The notes under the pieces were generated by a model. The model was not told the DNA's origin. It was given only the letters and a program-made list of their open reading frames with translations, and ran no database searches. A stretch of 64,000 nt of DNA from an uncultured Bacilli bacterium. Its GTDB lineage: Bacteria > Bacillota_I > Bacilli_A > RF39 > UBA660. The stretch is from positions 6,462 through 70,461 of the forward strand of contig CANQSQ010000005.1 in assembly GCA_947626565.1 (NCBI GenBank). The letters run 5' to 3'. How positions within the stretch are numbered: position 1 is the stretch's first letter; each line of letters starts with the position of its first letter. Shown here one piece after another: positions 20,039 through 30,003 of this stretch. The translations under genes and the position numbers were made by a program.

Positions 20039-21571
20039 ATGGATTGTAATTTAGAACAGGAAACAATTAGTAGAATAATAAAGTTAAAAGAGATAAAGAA
20101 AAAGCGCAAGAATAATGACTATAGAGTTGTTAAGGAAATAGAAGAATATTTAGCTCTTTATCCTGATGATTATTATGGAATGGTAGAGGCTGGAAGAATA
20201 TACATGTATAATAATCAGTTTGAAAAGGCGGAAGAGTATTTAAAAAAAGTATATGAAAGTGAAGCAGATAATAAATATAGTGCTTTGGTGTTATTAGGTA
20301 GTTTGGAAGAAAGACGAAAAAATATTCCTTTGGCTAAGTATTACTATAATAAAGCTATTGAAGAAAGTCCTAATTTAGAGATATTTGCGGTACGGTCATT
20401 GGCAAAGTTTGAAAGACAAGAGGGTAATATAGAACAAGCAATAAGACTATTAAAATTAATAAAAGAAGTAGCGGGCGATTATTATGCCAGAGATATGGCA
20501 GATATTATGATAGAACAAAAAGAATATGACAAAGCTTTGAAGTATTTAGATACATTACCAGATGATGTAAATCATAATGTTATGCGTGAAATTAGCTTAA
20601 TGCATGGTATTTGTATGGAAAAGATTGGCTGTTATGAAGAGGCTTTATATGATTTTGATATGGCCAAGATGGGAAAAAGAAAGTATGGAAATGATTATGT
20701 CTATTTAAAAGCTTGCTATGAAGAGGCATTAGTTTATTATGATTTAAAAGATTATGATAAAGCTTTAGAAGTATGTAAAAAAATTAATGCCAAAAGATAT
20801 GTTTTAGTAAATTTTTTATTAGCGAAGATTTATGATGCTAAAGGGGAAGTAGAAAACGCTAAAAAATATTATGAAAAATCTTTATCTTTAGATAAAATGG
20901 TCTATCGAAGAGAAAGTGCATATTACATAGGTAATTGTTTAACTGAGATGGGACAGTATGATGAAGCCGCTCATTATTATAAAGGAATAATTGATAGTAG
21001 TGATTTCTTTTGTAGTGATGTTTATTATCGATTAGTGGCTGTTAAAGTACGGCAAGAAAAATATGAAGAGGCTTTAGAAATTTTAGAGGAAATGCTACAA
21101 AAAGATAAATATATATGTAATGAGGGAACTTATCAGTATATAAAATTTTTTATTGAGTACAAATTAGGTAAATTAAAGAATCTTGATTTGGACAACTTAA
21201 CTTATCGGCAAAAACAAATAGTAAATTTTAGTTTAGATAATACGATTAATTTTACAAAACGGAATTATGTACATAGTAGATATAGAAATTTTGCAGAAGA
21301 TGTTGATATAGAGGCTTTAATTATTTATGCCAGTGAAAATTTAGATGAAGAAAATAAAGTTAAGACAATGGTAATTGATACTTATGATATAGATTATCCG
21401 AATGTGGGTTATGATCATGGAGAAATATGTGATAAGGTAAGAGTTTTAACTATACCGAATACGAAAAATATTTTTAAAGTATTTCCTATTGATGAAGTTA
21501 CTTTAAAAGATAAAATGAAAGCTGAGAAAAAAAGAGAAGAAAATAATGGGGTTAAAGTATTAAAAAAATAA
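20039..21571 (+). CDS. TPR-repeat protein (510 aa)
   Basis: It contains multiple TPR-like repeats (e.g. FEKAEEYLKKVYE, YDKALEVCKK, VENAKKYYEKSLSLD, YDEAAHYYKG). Confidence 0.75.
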   Translation: MDCNLEQETISRIIKLKEIKKKRKNNDYRVVKEIEEYLALYPDDYYGMVEAGRIYMYNNQFEKAEEYLKKVYESEADNKYSALVLLGSLEERRKNIPLAKYYYNKAIEESPNLEIFAVRSLAKFERQEGNIEQAIRLLKLIKEVAGDYYARDMADIMIEQKEYDKALKYLDTLPDDVNHNVMREISLMHGICMEKIGCYEEALYDFDMAKMGKRKYGNDYVYLKACYEEALVYYDLKDYDKALEVCKKINAKRYVLVNFLLAKIYDAKGEVENAKKYYEKSLSLDKMVYRRESAYYIGNCLTEMGQYDEAAHYYKGIIDSSDFFCSDVYYRLVAVKVRQEKYEEALEILEEMLQKDKYICNEGTYQYIKFFIEYKLGKLKNLDLDNLTYRQKQIVNFSLDNTINFTKRNYVHSRYRNFAEDVDIEALIIYASENLDEENKVKTMVIDTYDIDYPNVGYDHGEICDKVRVLTIPNTKNIFKVFPIDEVTLKDKMKAEKKREENNGVKVLKK

Positions 21572-21585
21572 AGGAGAATTAATAT

Positions 21586-22353
21586 ATGGAAGAAAATTAT
21601 TATTTATTTAGTGATATTTTATTTGCTCTTAGAAAAGAGTATTTAGAAAATCAAAAGAGAATAAAAGTATTAAAAAATTATATTGCTTATGATGCGAAAA
21701 AAATAGAGGATTTTAATTTTAGTTTATTAACTAATAAAAGAGCTTTAGAGTTAATTGTAGATATTGAAAAAAGACAAAATAGATTGATGAAAAAAATTAA
21801 TATGTTAAGAAAAAAATTTGGAGTTTTTATTTATCCAGCATATGATACCAAAATTGTCAAAAGAGATGGTAAATATGATTTTTATAATCAAGATTTAGGT
21901 TTAAAAATTAAGAGAGGGCAAGAGGATAATTTTACTCGACAAATAAAGAAAATAAAGAATTCTAATTTTGTTAAAGAAATGGGAAGTCAATATACTAGTA
22001 GAGTCGTTAATTCTTTAGAGTCAGCTCTTAATATTACTTATAATTTTATAAATTTATATATTCAAGAAGGTTATTTAGCAGATGTATCATGTGAATATTA
22101 TGCTCCTAAAGATGAAATTGTCTTAGTAGGAAGTAGAAGAAGATTGTTAAATAAAGATGATTTAACAAGAATGCTAAATACAAGATGTCGTAAAGATTCA
22201 TTAAGTGATTATCAAAGAGCAATAGTTGATAGTGAAGATATGTCTTCTAAGGCAATAGATATTGTTGGTGAGGCTGAAAATGTTGTAAAGGCTAGATTTG
22301 CTATCGATGAAGATGATATTGGTTATGTTTTGACAAAAAAGAAAAATAATTAA
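21586..22353 (+). CDS. Hypothetical protein (255 aa)
   Basis: The ORF has an RBS (aaaggaga) and is tightly packed after the TPR gene. I recognise no motif. Confidence 0.65.
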   Translation: MEENYYLFSDILFALRKEYLENQKRIKVLKNYIAYDAKKIEDFNFSLLTNKRALELIVDIEKRQNRLMKKINMLRKKFGVFIYPAYDTKIVKRDGKYDFYNQDLGLKIKRGQEDNFTRQIKKIKNSNFVKEMGSQYTSRVVNSLESALNITYNFINLYIQEGYLADVSCEYYAPKDEIVLVGSRRRLLNKDDLTRMLNTRCRKDSLSDYQRAIVDSEDMSSKAIDIVGEAENVVKARFAIDEDDIGYVLTKKKNN

Positions 22354-22406
22354 TTGACAGGCATAAACATAATATTTATAATAAGTTGTTAACGAAAGGA
22401 AGAATA

Positions 22407-22883
22407 ATGATGATTAGAAGTAATTTGTCTGTTTCATTTGGTGTAGATAAAGAAGTTCCTAATATTGTAGTTTTAGGTGGAAATGCTATAGATAGTAAGG
22501 AAGATGTTAAAGTACCTTTAGGAGAAGCTATTTTTGCTATAATAACGGAAACTTTTTATAATGATATGATGCAAAAAGAAAGAGTAGAAAAACATTTATA
22601 TATTGTAGCTTCTTTGAAGAAGGCTCAAGAGGTTTTGGAAAGACCAGAAGAATATAAATTATATGAACCTGCGAAGTTTGTTGAACGTTGCCAAAAACTT
22701 CATGATGGACTAATGATAGAATATACTTCTTTAAAGGGCAAAAAATACGTTCGAGAGTATACAGAGAATGATAAAGTTTTTACTAACTCAGATGATTTAA
22801 AAAAAGCTGTAATGCTTTATATTGATGATTATATTCAAAGAAAGACAGCTGAAGAAAAAAATAAAGAATATGTTCTTAAATAA
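22407..22883 (+). CDS. Hypothetical protein (about 158 aa)
   Basis: The ATG at 22407 follows the RBS aaaggaag, and the TTG at 22386 in the ORF track is less likely to be the start. I recognise no motif. Confidence 0.6.
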   Translation: MMIRSNLSVSFGVDKEVPNIVVLGGNAIDSKEDVKVPLGEAIFAIITETFYNDMMQKERVEKHLYIVASLKKAQEVLERPEEYKLYEPAKFVERCQKLHDGLMIEYTSLKGKKYVREYTENDKVFTNSDDLKKAVMLYIDDYIQRKTAEEKNKEYVLK

Positions 22884-22884
22884 G

Positions 22885-22918
22885 ACTGATTTATAATAAA
22901 AAGGAAATCAGTTTTTTT
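22885..22918 (+). terminator. Intrinsic terminator after the TPR/orphan cluster
   Basis: The stem actgattt/aaatcagt has a 12-nt loop and is followed by T7. Confidence 0.75.
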
Positions 22919-23038
22919 CTTGTAAAAGTAATTGTAAAGTGAAAGAGCATTTATTGAATAAAAAAGAAAATTATGCTATATTCAATCTGAAAGATAAAGA
23001 CTCTAAAGGGAGTTTTTCTTTGGTCTTTGGAGGAAGTT

Positions 23039-25069
23039 ATGGCAATTAATGAATTAGAATTACAAAAGGAAAAAAAGATATTAGCTAAAGTAGGTAAACT
23101 AGTAGAAGAAACTTTAAATAGTTTGGGATTTGATGTAAATAAAGAAGAAGCTGAATTAATAGAATTTAAGAAAATGATGTGGGAAAATGCTAGTAGTTTT
23201 GATGATGGTGAAGAAAGCCAAGTAATGTTAGCAACTAGTGAAGAAGAAAATAAAGCATTAATGAAAAGAAACTATTTTAAAAAATTATGCCAAATCAAAA
23301 AAAGACCTTATTTTGCTTCAATTGTTTTTAAAGATGAAGATGGAGAAATTTTAAATATTTATATGTCTTTAACTTATCTTAAAGATAAAGATTCAAATAA
23401 TATTTTATATGATTGGCGTAGTCCAATTTGTAGTCTGTTTTATGATTATGAAACAGGTCCATGTGAGTATAAGGCTCCAGGTGGAGTGTTTCAAGGAGAA
23501 TTAAAAAGAAAGAGACAATATAAAATAGAAGATAATGAATTAATAGGGGTTTTTGATAATTCGTTAAATATAGATGATGAAGTATTACAGGAAGTTTTAG
23601 CACAAGAGTCAAATGAAAAGATGAAGAATGTTGTTAATACTATTCAACAAGAACAAAATAAAGTTATTAGAAATTTAGATGATAATAATTTAATAGTTCA
23701 AGGAATAGCAGGTTCTGGAAAGACAACAGTAGCTTTACATAGAATAGCCTTTTTACTGTATCGTTTGGAAAATTTAACTAGTAATAATATTTTAATATTT
23801 TCACCTAATAATATTTTTACAGAGTATATTTCAGAAGTATTACCTTCATTAGGAGAAGCTAATACGTTACAAACTACTTTTAATGATTATTTGTCATCTT
23901 TTTTGACAGAGTATAAGGATGTAGAAAATTTTACTGATTTTGTAGCTCGTTATTATTCGTATCAAGAAGAATATCCGGAATTAGTTAAATATAAACAAAG
24001 TGATGAGATACTTTTAGATTTAGATGATTTTATAAATGAGTATATTGAAGCAGCTTCTTTTACTAATTCTTTTGTAGAAAATGAAGTAAATAAAGTTAAT
24101 AAAGATGAATTAAATAAATTATTACATGATAAGTATGACCGCTTACCTTTATTTGAAAGAGTAGAGGAAATAGCTGATAAATTATCTAGTTCTTTTTATA
24201 AAGGTAGTAGTAAAAAGAAAAAGACTTTTTTAAAGTTGTTGAAGGAAAACGCTAATTTTGAAAAGGATTATAAAGATATATATAAAAAGTTTTGGTTAAG
24301 TGAGTATGCCGAAATAACGTTACCAGAAAAGACGATTGATGCTTTTATAAATAAAGATATTATTAATTATGAAGATGCTTTGATTATAGCGTATATTAAA
24401 GGAAAATTAGAAGGATTTTTATATGAAGGAACTATTAAACAAGTAGTAATAGATGAGGCTCAAGATTATAATAGATTACAATATATTATAATATGTAATA
24501 TATTTAAGAAGGCTGATTTTACTATTTTAGGAGATATAAATCAAAATATTAATCCTTATTATAGTTATAATTCTTTAGAAGATTTAAAGAATGTCTTTAA
24601 GGGAGAAACTAAATATTTGGAATTACTTAAAACATATCGATCATCACCGGAAATAATTAATTATACAAATAAGATTTTAAATTTACAGCATGTTAATGCG
24701 ATTAGGAAAGATAATAATAAACCAGTTGTGATTAGAAAAAACTTAGATAGTTTAAAAGATAGTTTAATAACCGATATAAAGACTTTACAGAATAGTTATA
24801 AAAGTACAGCGATAATTACCAAAGATAAAAAAGAAGCTCAAAAGATTTATGATTTAATTAAAGATAGTGTGGAAATTTCATTAGTAGATGTAGATACAGA
24901 GAAGTTTAAAAAAGAATTAGTGATAATTCCGGCATATACTGCGAAAGGGTTAGAGTTTGATAGTGTTATTATTTATAATGATCGTGATAATTCATATCGA
25001 AATAATGAAAGAAATTTATTGTATGTAGCTTGTACAAGAAGTCAACATGAATTATACATTTATAATTAA
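23039..25069 (+). CDS. helD: UvrD-like superfamily 1 helicase of the HelD (helicase IV) type
   Basis: It has a Walker A (VQGIAGSGKTTVALHRIAFLLY), DEAQDY, GDINQ, YRSS and a C-terminal LYVACTRSQHELYIY. The ATG at 23039 follows a GGAGGA RBS. Confidence 0.8.
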   Translation: MAINELELQKEKKILAKVGKLVEETLNSLGFDVNKEEAELIEFKKMMWENASSFDDGEESQVMLATSEEENKALMKRNYFKKLCQIKKRPYFASIVFKDEDGEILNIYMSLTYLKDKDSNNILYDWRSPICSLFYDYETGPCEYKAPGGVFQGELKRKRQYKIEDNELIGVFDNSLNIDDEVLQEVLAQESNEKMKNVVNTIQQEQNKVIRNLDDNNLIVQGIAGSGKTTVALHRIAFLLYRLENLTSNNILIFSPNNIFTEYISEVLPSLGEANTLQTTFNDYLSSFLTEYKDVENFTDFVARYYSYQEEYPELVKYKQSDEILLDLDDFINEYIEAASFTNSFVENEVNKVNKDELNKLLHDKYDRLPLFERVEEIADKLSSSFYKGSSKKKKTFLKLLKENANFEKDYKDIYKKFWLSEYAEITLPEKTIDAFINKDIINYEDALIIAYIKGKLEGFLYEGTIKQVVIDEAQDYNRLQYIIICNIFKKADFTILGDINQNINPYYSYNSLEDLKNVFKGETKYLELLKTYRSSPEIINYTNKILNLQHVNAIRKDNNKPVVIRKNLDSLKDSLITDIKTLQNSYKSTAIITKDKKEAQKIYDLIKDSVEISLVDVDTEKFKKELVIIPAYTAKGLEFDSVIIYNDRDNSYRNNERNLLYVACTRSQHELYIYN

Positions 25070-25126
25070 AAAGGGTTGTTTTTTTGAAATTATATTATAT
25101 AATTAAAATAGAAAGGAGTATAAATT

Positions 25127-25684
25127 ATGTTTGGAATAATAATTGTTGCTGTTGTTGTTATTTTAGTAATAATTTTAGTATTATGTTTAGGAGCATATAA
25201 TAGTTTTGTAAGATTAAATAATAGAGTTGAAGAGGCTTTTTCAACGATGGATGTTTATTTAAAAAAGAGATGGGATTTGATTCCTAATATTGTTGAAACT
25301 ATTAAGGGTTATGCAAAACATGAGAAGTCTACTTTAGAAGAGATAGTTAAACTTAGAAGTGAAGCTTATGATAGTATGGATATTAATGGTAAAGTAGATG
25401 CTAATACTAAATTATCACAAGGTATTACAAAATTGTTAGCTATAGCTGAACAATATCCTGATTTAAAAGCTAATGAAAATTTTAAGGATTTACATCAACA
25501 ATTATCAGCAGTTGAAGAAGATATTGCTAACGCTAGAAAATATTATAATGGTACGGTAAGAGAATTTAATGATAAAGTACTAATGTTTCCTAGTAATATA
25601 GTTGCTGGTATTTGTGGTTTTAAAGCAAAGAAAATGTTTGAAGTTAATGAAGCAGAACGTGAAAATGTAAAAGTAGAATTTTAA
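25127..25684 (+). CDS. lemA: LemA-family membrane protein
   Basis: It has an N-terminal TM helix and typical LemA sequence (YNSFVRLNNRVEEAFSTMDVYLKKRWDLIPN, EDIANARKYYNGTVREFN). Confidence 0.9.
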   Translation: MFGIIIVAVVVILVIILVLCLGAYNSFVRLNNRVEEAFSTMDVYLKKRWDLIPNIVETIKGYAKHEKSTLEEIVKLRSEAYDSMDINGKVDANTKLSQGITKLLAIAEQYPDLKANENFKDLHQQLSAVEEDIANARKYYNGTVREFNDKVLMFPSNIVAGICGFKAKKMFEVNEAERENVKVEF

Positions 25685-25699
25685 GGAGGAAGAGGAAAA

Positions 25700-27991
25700 A
25701 TGAAAAAAATGTATAAAATTTCCTCTTTTCTTATTCTACTTTTTTGTTTATTTTTATTACCTTATAAAGTAGATGCTTTGGCAGTTGGAGTAAATACTAT
25801 TGAGGAAGATGTAGGTTACTTAGTTGATGATTATAGTCAGATGCAATTTTCTAATATTAAGTATAAAGATTTTTCGGATAGTACAGTAGCTCCAACTTTT
25901 GGTTTTACCGGTATTGTTTATAATGGTGGTACTAGTGATAATTCTTTTATAGCGACAGCTAAGTTTTATGCTGAAGATAAAGAATTAATTGCGACAATAG
26001 TGTCTAATCAAGTAGTACCTGCAGGAGAGAAGAATTCCTATAGTCAAGTTGCGAATGTCAGTGAGATTAGAAGTGGGTATAGTGTTAAAGATATAAGGTA
26101 TTATCATTTAGAAATTATTATAACTAATAATACATATGGTTTAAATCCTACAGAGTATCGGGGTAGGGAATATATTATAGATAATTATGATGTTAATATT
26201 GATGTTAAAGAAAATAATGTTTTAGAAATAACAGAAAAGATAGGTGCTTATTTCAATGTTGAAAAACATGGTATTTTTAGAAAAATTCCGTTAAGAAATA
26301 AAGTACAAAGATTAGATGGAAGTTATTATTATAATAGGGTTAAAATTAGTGATATTTTTGTAGATAATGAGTATACGTTAAGTAATGGGGCTGGTTACAA
26401 AGTAATTAAGATTGGTAGTAGTTATGCGACTTTGACAGGACATCAGGATTATACTATTCGGTATAAATATAATTTAGGACGAGATCCGGGAAAAGATTAT
26501 GACGAGTTATATTTTGATTTAATTGGAACAGAATGGGATACCATTATTGAAAATGTAAATTTTACAATTAATATGCCTAAAGAATTTGATAAAGAGAAGT
26601 TAGGCTTTGCTAGTGGAGTAGCTGGTTCAAGTGATAGTTCTAATATTAAGTATGAAGTTAATGGTAATGTTATTACTGGTAGTGTAGAAAAAAGTCTAAA
26701 TACTGGTGAAGGATTAACCGTTAGATTGGAACTACCTGAAGGTTACTTTTCTAATGCAAGTAGTAATCTAGATGTTATGATGATTATAGCGTTATTAGGA
26801 CCAATTTTATGTTTAGTGATTGCTATTAGTTTATGGTTTATATATGGTAAAGATAATAAACCGGTCGAGACAATAGAATTTTATCCACCAAAAGACTTTA
26901 ATAGTTTAGAAGTAGGTTATGCGTTTAGGGGTAGAGCTGAAAATCAAGATGCTGTGTCATTACTTATTTATTTAGCTAATAAAGGTTATATTAAAATAGC
27001 CGAAAATGAAGGAAAAAAAGATAAGTCATTTAAAATTATTAAGATTAAGGAATATGATGGTAATAATATAAATGAAAGAATTTTTTTGAATGATTTATTT
27101 AAAGGAGGAAAAACAGAAGTTACAGAAAGTGATTTACAGGATAGCTTTTATATTACGATTAATGAAATTTTAAGTAATATGAATAGTAAAAATAATAAAG
27201 AACAATATTTTGAGAAAAAAGCTTCTTCTAAGACAATTATTATTGTTTTGATGATGATTATAACTTTTTGTTTAATTACAATTCCACCGCTTTATTACTA
27301 TGGAGATATGGATACAATATTAATTGCCTTAATTTTCCCTGGTGTTGGTTTAGCGGTAATGCTTACTTTGCTTTTTGGAGGTCCACGGACTATGTATGTT
27401 AATGGTAAAGCAACGTATTCGAACTGGGGAACGAAAATTTTTGGTTTAGTATGGGGAACTTTATTTGGTGGTATGCCTTGGGCATTTACCGTATTACCAG
27501 CACTTTTAATAGATTATATATATGCTTTTATTTATGTTGTAGGAATAATATGTTTTATTGGAATGACTATTTGTTTAGTATATTTACCTAAGAGAACAAA
27601 ATATGGTACGGAAATTCTAGGAAAACTATTAGGCTTTAAAACTTTTTTAGAAACAGCTGAGAAAAATAAATTAGAAGCTATGGTTATGGAGAATCCAACT
27701 TATTTTTATGATATTTTACCTTATACTTATGTTTTAGGAGTATCAAATAAATGGATAAAAAAATTTGAAGGAATCGCAATGCAACCACCAACTTGGTATG
27801 ATTCACCTGATGTGTTTACTGTTCATTCATTTAATACCTTTATAGATAATACTATGACTTCGGCAAGAGATGTTATGTCTTCTTCTCCGTCAACTAGCAG
27901 TGGTAGTGATAGTTTTGGAGGCGGTGGCTTCTCTTCTGGTGGTGGCTTTTCCGGCGGCGGTAGCGGCGGTGGAGGAGGAGGTTCTTGGTAG
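25700..27991 (+). CDS. DUF2207-family membrane protein with a poly-Gly/Ser C-terminal tail
   Basis: It has a signal peptide, a large extracellular domain, several TM helices and a GGGFSSGGGFSGGGSGGGGGGSW tail. It sits directly after lemA, which is the usual pairing. Confidence 0.8.
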   Translation: MKKMYKISSFLILLFCLFLLPYKVDALAVGVNTIEEDVGYLVDDYSQMQFSNIKYKDFSDSTVAPTFGFTGIVYNGGTSDNSFIATAKFYAEDKELIATIVSNQVVPAGEKNSYSQVANVSEIRSGYSVKDIRYYHLEIIITNNTYGLNPTEYRGREYIIDNYDVNIDVKENNVLEITEKIGAYFNVEKHGIFRKIPLRNKVQRLDGSYYYNRVKISDIFVDNEYTLSNGAGYKVIKIGSSYATLTGHQDYTIRYKYNLGRDPGKDYDELYFDLIGTEWDTIIENVNFTINMPKEFDKEKLGFASGVAGSSDSSNIKYEVNGNVITGSVEKSLNTGEGLTVRLELPEGYFSNASSNLDVMMIIALLGPILCLVIAISLWFIYGKDNKPVETIEFYPPKDFNSLEVGYAFRGRAENQDAVSLLIYLANKGYIKIAENEGKKDKSFKIIKIKEYDGNNINERIFLNDLFKGGKTEVTESDLQDSFYITINEILSNMNSKNNKEQYFEKKASSKTIIIVLMMIITFCLITIPPLYYYGDMDTILIALIFPGVGLAVMLTLLFGGPRTMYVNGKATYSNWGTKIFGLVWGTLFGGMPWAFTVLPALLIDYIYAFIYVVGIICFIGMTICLVYLPKRTKYGTEILGKLLGFKTFLETAEKNKLEAMVMENPTYFYDILPYTYVLGVSNKWIKKFEGIAMQPPTWYDSPDVFTVHSFNTFIDNTMTSARDVMSSSPSTSSGSDSFGGGGFSSGGGFSGGGSGGGGGGSW

Positions 27992-28570
27992 ATGCTTTGT
28001 CCTCAGTGTGGAAAAGAAAATAAAAATACTAATATAAAATGCGAGTATTGTGGGTATGAGTTAATTAATGGAGAAGAAATAAAAAATGATGCAACAAAGG
28101 CCTCAATTAAAATGGTTAAACGATTTGTAAAAATTATTTTTGGGGCTTTTTGTCTTCCATTATTAATAATTGGTGTTGTCTTTTTAATAATAGGTATTAA
28201 GGAAAATATGGCAGAAGTAACCCAGGCAAAAGATTATGTAGAGACAACAGGACATTTAAAAAATTTTATAAACTGTAAAGTGGATGATGGTACGGAAGTA
28301 TGTGAAGCTATTTATGAATATCAAGTAGATGGAAAAACTTATACAGCTTCACCGAAAATGACGGGTACTAGGAATGCTTTTAAAAAAGAGAAAACTATTT
28401 TATATAATCCTAATAGACCACAAGAGAATGTAATTTATGCAGGATATGGTATTTTTATTATTGTTGGTTTATGTCTAATCATGGCAGCTATCGCTATAAT
28501 ATTTAGTAAAAGAAAAATTATTAAAAGATTAGAACAGGTCGAAGAACAAAACTTAGTTAATATAAATTAA
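27992..28570 (+). CDS. Zinc-ribbon plus DUF3592-like membrane protein
   Basis: It has an N-terminal CPQCG...CEYCG zinc ribbon, a TM helix, a DUF3592-like segment (CEAIYEYQVDGKTYTAS) and a second TM helix. Its ATG directly abuts the TAG stop of the preceding gene. Confidence 0.7.
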   Translation: MLCPQCGKENKNTNIKCEYCGYELINGEEIKNDATKASIKMVKRFVKIIFGAFCLPLLIIGVVFLIIGIKENMAEVTQAKDYVETTGHLKNFINCKVDDGTEVCEAIYEYQVDGKTYTASPKMTGTRNAFKKEKTILYNPNRPQENVIYAGYGIFIIVGLCLIMAAIAIIFSKRKIIKRLEQVEEQNLVNIN

Positions 28571-28584
28571 AGAGACAAGATAAT

Positions 28585-30003
28585 TTATCTTGCCTCTTTT
28601 TGTAAAGTAATATAAAAGTAAAAGTTACTACCATGATTTTTTTCAGATTTGACACCATATTGATAATGATGTAATTCTAAAATATTTTTAACAATGGAAA
28701 GTCCTAATCCAGTACCAACAACATTTCTTTTGTGTTGTTTTTTATTTTTATAGTATCTATCCCAGATATAGGGAATATCTTCGGGAGGAATACCTTCACC
28801 TGTATCAATAATTTCTACTAAGACGTGGTCTTTAGTTTTAGTAAGAGAAATAGTAACACTTAAGTCATCACCTGTATAGTTAATGGCATTATTGATTAAA
28901 TTATAAATGACTTGTTCTATTTTTTGACGATCGGCCGTAATTAAAATTTTAGCATTTTTATGTAAAAAGGTAAATTTATAATTAGCTAGTTCTTTGTAAA
29001 CAGAATATTTTTTTAAGATGTCATTAATTAGAGTTACTAAATCAAAAGTATCATAAGTTAGGTCATTAATATTAGATTGCATACTAGATAGAGTTAAGAT
29101 ATCGTTAACTAGATTAGTAAGGCGGTCTACTTCGGAAATGACAATAGACATATTTTCTTTTTGTTTAGCTTGATTATTTTTATGAAGATCAATAGTCATT
29201 TCAGCATAGGCTTTAATCATAGTTAAAGGTGTTTTTAAATCATGAGAGACATTAGCCATTAAGTCCCGACGAAGTTCATCCGTTTTACTTAATTCTTCTT
29301 TAGTATAGTTTAATGTATTAGCTAGTTCATTTAGTTCAAGTATATTACTATCGTTATTAAAGACGACATTGAAATTATTTTTAGCTAACTCTTTAGCGGC
29401 TGTATTAATTTTAACGATAGGTTTAGAAATATGATTAGAAATAAAATAGGAAATAATAAAAGATAAAAGTAAAATGATGATGGTAATAACAATTAATTGT
29501 TTTCTAATAATAGTGGCAGTTGTATCTATAGGATCTAGGGATGTATTAATAAAAGCATAATTATTATTATCTAGTTTTAGAGCATATATTAATATAGTGT
29601 TATTGTAGTTTTTATTTAGTACTTGATAAGATTTTTGATTACTATTACTACGAAGAAAATCATATTTATAATTTCTAGTTAAATTAGTATTAGAAAGACA
29701 TCCTTTACCAAAAAAAGTAGAAGAATAAAGAGAATACATGTCTTGATTAATTATTTCGACACAAACTTCTTTTTCTAAAGCAATATTATTAATTAACTGT
29801 TTATAGTCAGCTCTCGCTTGTTTATTTTTTATAGTGTTAGCTACATCTTTTATGTCTTTAGTACGGACATATTTGTAATAATTATCTAAAAAAAGGACTT
29901 GAAATATCCATAATAAGCCCAGTATTAAAATGGAAAATAATAAAAAGTATCTCCAAATTTCATTATTTAGACTATTCTTCAGTTTCCACATATTTATAAC
30001 CAA
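28585..30003 (-). CDS. Sensor histidine kinase (two TM helices, HAMP, HisKA, HATPase)
   Basis: It has an H-box (MANVSHDLKTPLT), an N-box (NLINNAINYT), G1 (DTGEGI) and G2 (GTGLGLSI). The start may instead be the ATG at 29991. The gene overlaps the 3' end of the response-regulator gene. Confidence 0.9.
   Translation of the reverse strand: MVINMWKLKNSLNNEIWRYFLLFSILILGLLWIFQVLFLDNYYKYVRTKDIKDVANTIKNKQARADYKQLINNIALEKEVCVEIINQDMYSLYSSTFFGKGCLSNTNLTRNYKYDFLRSNSNQKSYQVLNKNYNNTILIYALKLDNNNYAFINTSLDPIDTTATIIRKQLIVITIIILLLSFIISYFISNHISKPIVKINTAAKELAKNNFNVVFNNDSNILELNELANTLNYTKEELSKTDELRRDLMANVSHDLKTPLTMIKAYAEMTIDLHKNNQAKQKENMSIVISEVDRLTNLVNDILTLSSMQSNINDLTYDTFDLVTLINDILKKYSVYKELANYKFTFLHKNAKILITADRQKIEQVIYNLINNAINYTGDDLSVTISLTKTKDHVLVEIIDTGEGIPPEDIPYIWDRYYKNKKQHKRNVVGTGLGLSIVKNILELHHYQYGVKSEKNHGSNFYFYITLQKEAR

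Noticed and set aside
27890-27991. A GC-rich stretch lies at the 3' end of the DUF2207 gene, and similar stretches occur in the dnaJ G/F linker (58140-58290) and the Gly-rich gene (52860-53170).
   Set aside because: These stretches are fully explained by runs of Gly codons (GGN) in low-complexity segments. In the 50705-50818 patch, by contrast, codon choice for many different amino acids shifts.
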